In this document: positions 61,719-64,000 of the stretch, piece after piece
Numbering within the stretch: position 1 is the first letter of the stretch
Layout: the number at the start of each line of letters is the position of its first letter
NCBI GenBank assembly: GCA_000934665.2
Contig: KZ537982.1
Location: 1-64,000 of the forward strand
Origin: Catajapyx aquilonaris
Taxonomy: Eukaryota
DNA length: 64,000 nucleotides
Direction: 5' to 3'
The notes under the pieces: model-generated
Database searches by the model: none
What the model was told of the DNA's origin: nothing
What the model saw: only the letters and a program-made list of their open reading frames with translations
Program-made: the position numbers and the translations under genes

Positions 61719-63422
61719 TCAGGCACATGCCACACCCAATCCAACCCCGGCTGCAAAAGCTGCTAGAAAGATGTGGATCTCCTGGATCTGAAAAGGTTCC
61801 TCTCCATACACAAAAACCTGGTACCAACGCTTCGCCTTCTTTTCACCTTTCTTCAGTGCCTTCTCAGCTTTCTCCAGCTTCCTATCCACATAGTTTGAAG
61901 TCTGAAATAACAAGAGGTTTCACAAGTCAAAAATTAAATCATGCACAATAACCTCTAGCAGTCTAGCTCATCTTGCAATATGTCCTGTATTATATCCACT
62001 AACACTACTCATGTGCCTAGCCTGCGAGAGGTGACGTGCTATTTCAATTTTTCAAGCCTCTAAGAATTTGAGAACGAAAATAGCGACCGCAAATATGACA
62101 AATATGAGGAGAAGGAAACAATTTTCAGTTTTATGCATTCTGGCCAATTAAAAATAAGAATAATAAAAAAACACTGTCTATGCAACCTAGATTGTTTTCA
62201 CTCATGTTTTTACTCTTGCCATATTTTAAAGTTCTGGCATGTCATTCTTTGCATCACCAACCACTTTGAGGAGCACATGGATAAAGGGTGTGATGCAGTG
62301 GCAAATTACAAGGATATATGAATATTTAACCTCATGTGGACTGTGTGAAGGCATCTTCAGACACAGATCACTGCCATCGAATTATAACTTTTGACAAATT
62401 AATTCAGTTATTTATAATTGCAGAGGTTGCTGACTCCACCTCTGAAATGCCAGACAGCCCTGAAAATAATTAAAGTGACAGTGGATTAATGACGTTTCCT
62501 TCTCCTATTGAAACCAAGAGGCATTCACCATTGCGCATGATCAAATAGATGGCAATAACGTAAGATTTGTCTCTGACTTACAGCTCAAACTATTATTATC
62601 TAATCCTAACCTAGTAGCATACCCACCTGTTTGGTATAACTGCTGGCCAGTTCAAGACTTGCTAATAAAACATGCAACTTACCTCATAATGGTGGCAATG
62701 GGGAAAGATTATAGGGCAGGGTAGGGAAGACTAGGAGGAAGCCAGGCCAAGCAGGAATCCACCAATAAAGCCCACACTCAGGTAATTGTTGTCTTGGGTG
62801 AAGCGTTTGGCCTGGAAAAACAAAATTAGGTAAAACTAGGTGGGGTGCAGTAGTGTATAGTATGAGTATGGGCTTTACGGCGCCAAATATGCTTGTGACG
62901 CAGGCTTCCGGGGAAAAATCACATGCCTACTTTTCCAAAACTACAAAATTAAAAAGGTGGCTGACGTGCACACAAACCCGCCATACCTTGTCAATCCACG
63001 TTGGCGCCTCAACCCCGACCTCGTCTTGTATCTTATTGGTGACCTTCTCCACATCCCCATATACCTTGTTCCAGTTGATCTTGATGTATCCTTTGTGGTT
63101 TGCAACCTGCAGCAGGATGAGTCCACCTCCCAGAGCCGTTGCAGCCACCTTGCCCACCTTCATAGACAAATATCCGGTGCACCTGCAATACAAAACCAAT
63201 GAAAATGGAACCTACTAAATAGAGATTTTCACAGAAAACAAGCCTTTCCTACCATCCTGAGACACCTCCCAAAGCTAGTTGCTTGGTAGCAGATGTCTTT
63301 CCAACATCGCCAAGGGCCCTTTCGATCCACGTCTTTGAGTCTTTGGCCATTCCCCTGATGTCCAATACTTCAACTTTGTCACCATCAGCTGTTGCGGCTG
63401 ACTTCTTGTCAACCTTGGCCAT
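61719..63422 (-). CDS. FUNDC1: FUN14 domain-containing protein 1, isoform with distal last exon (about 182 aa)
   Basis: Exons 63422-63253, 63182-62987 and 61901-61719 are in phase. FUN14 signature [48 protein letters not shown]. Confidence 0.88.
62731..62811 (-). CDS. FUNDC1: FUNDC1 alternative proximal last exon (canonical C-terminus; isoform about 148 aa)
   Basis: Acceptor tttttccag, phase 0. Encodes AKRFTQDNNYLSVGFIGGFLLGLASS*, matching the canonical FUNDC1 end GFVGGFLLGLAS. Confidence 0.9.
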   Translation of the reverse strand, partial: AKRFTQDNNYLSVGFIGGFLLGLASS

Positions 63423-63641
63423 AATGTGGTTTCAAGATAGCTCTTTCACTGAGGGAAGATATGAAGTGATTCATTGCTTGACTACACACTGGCATGGGCT
63501 TGGTAAATTATGCAACACTAAAAGGCAGCTGCATGAGGCACCTTAAAAAATATTCATGATATGACATCATACAAATGGTGGACCCACGTTTTGGTCTACA
63601 TCTAGAGCTCTGAGCACCCCCCTTGAACTAGTTTCAGTAAT

Positions 63642-63750
63642 ATGTTGCAAATGCAGTTCAGGGCAATTGAGTGAATCCTGTACATTCAAGAGGACATGCC
63701 TTTAAATGCACAGGATTCACTCAATTGGCCTGAACTACAATTGCACACAT
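63642..63750. repeat. Foldback inverted repeat upstream of the FUNDC1 ATG exon
   Basis: gttcagggcaattgagtgaatcctgtacatt pairs with aatgcacaggattcactcaattggcctgaac (about 31-bp stem, 2 mismatches). Confidence 0.8.
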
Positions 63751-64000
63751 TTGACTATGGCGTTTGTTTAGTCATGGCACACTGATTTCATACAGGGTAA
63801 TTCGACAAGAAACACTGCTTGAGAATTCAGCTCCCCAATTTGCTAGTAAGCAGAAAACGTTATCTGATGCTGATCCGGTCAGTTTTCCCAGCAATTACTG
63901 TAATTATTGTTGGAACTACGGCCTATTTCTTCCCTTACGCTCATGGTGCATTATTTCGTACGTGTATTTTTAGCCACTTTCACATGCTGTCACATGCTTC

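Overview
Eukaryotic, intron-rich genomic DNA (about 40% GC, GT-AG introns, draft-assembly Ns in homopolymers), most consistent with an insect or other arthropod. I rebuilt six spliced protein-coding genes by hand and checked the splice phases. (1) A 3-exon minus-strand gene resembling only the C-terminal half of the Pol III factor BRF2 (759-1671). (2) A 6-exon RGK-family (Rem/Rad/Gem) GTPase with a 19.7-kb first intron (4504-32174, +). (3) A 9-exon USP deubiquitinase whose split catalytic domain carries a RING-like finger (37000-42616, -). (4) A C2H2 protein with about 26 fingers (50728-56851, -). (5) Head-to-head with it, a small coiled-coil/LIR-like/UBZ zinc-finger protein (57424-58762, +). 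(6) FUNDC1 with two alternative last exons (61719-63422, -). Introns and intergenic DNA hold at least four tRNA-derived SINE families, most copies with clear target-site duplications, plus several MITE families, hairpins and many Tc1/mariner-type footprint motifs. The most notable leads are the RING-in-USP architecture, the candidate UBZ-LIR autophagy adaptor, the FUNDC1 isoform switch with an altered LIR, the truncated BRF2-like gene, and a CLEAR-box promoter with a uORF ending in a TAATG stop/start overlap. All homology calls come from motif recognition by eye; no database search was run.
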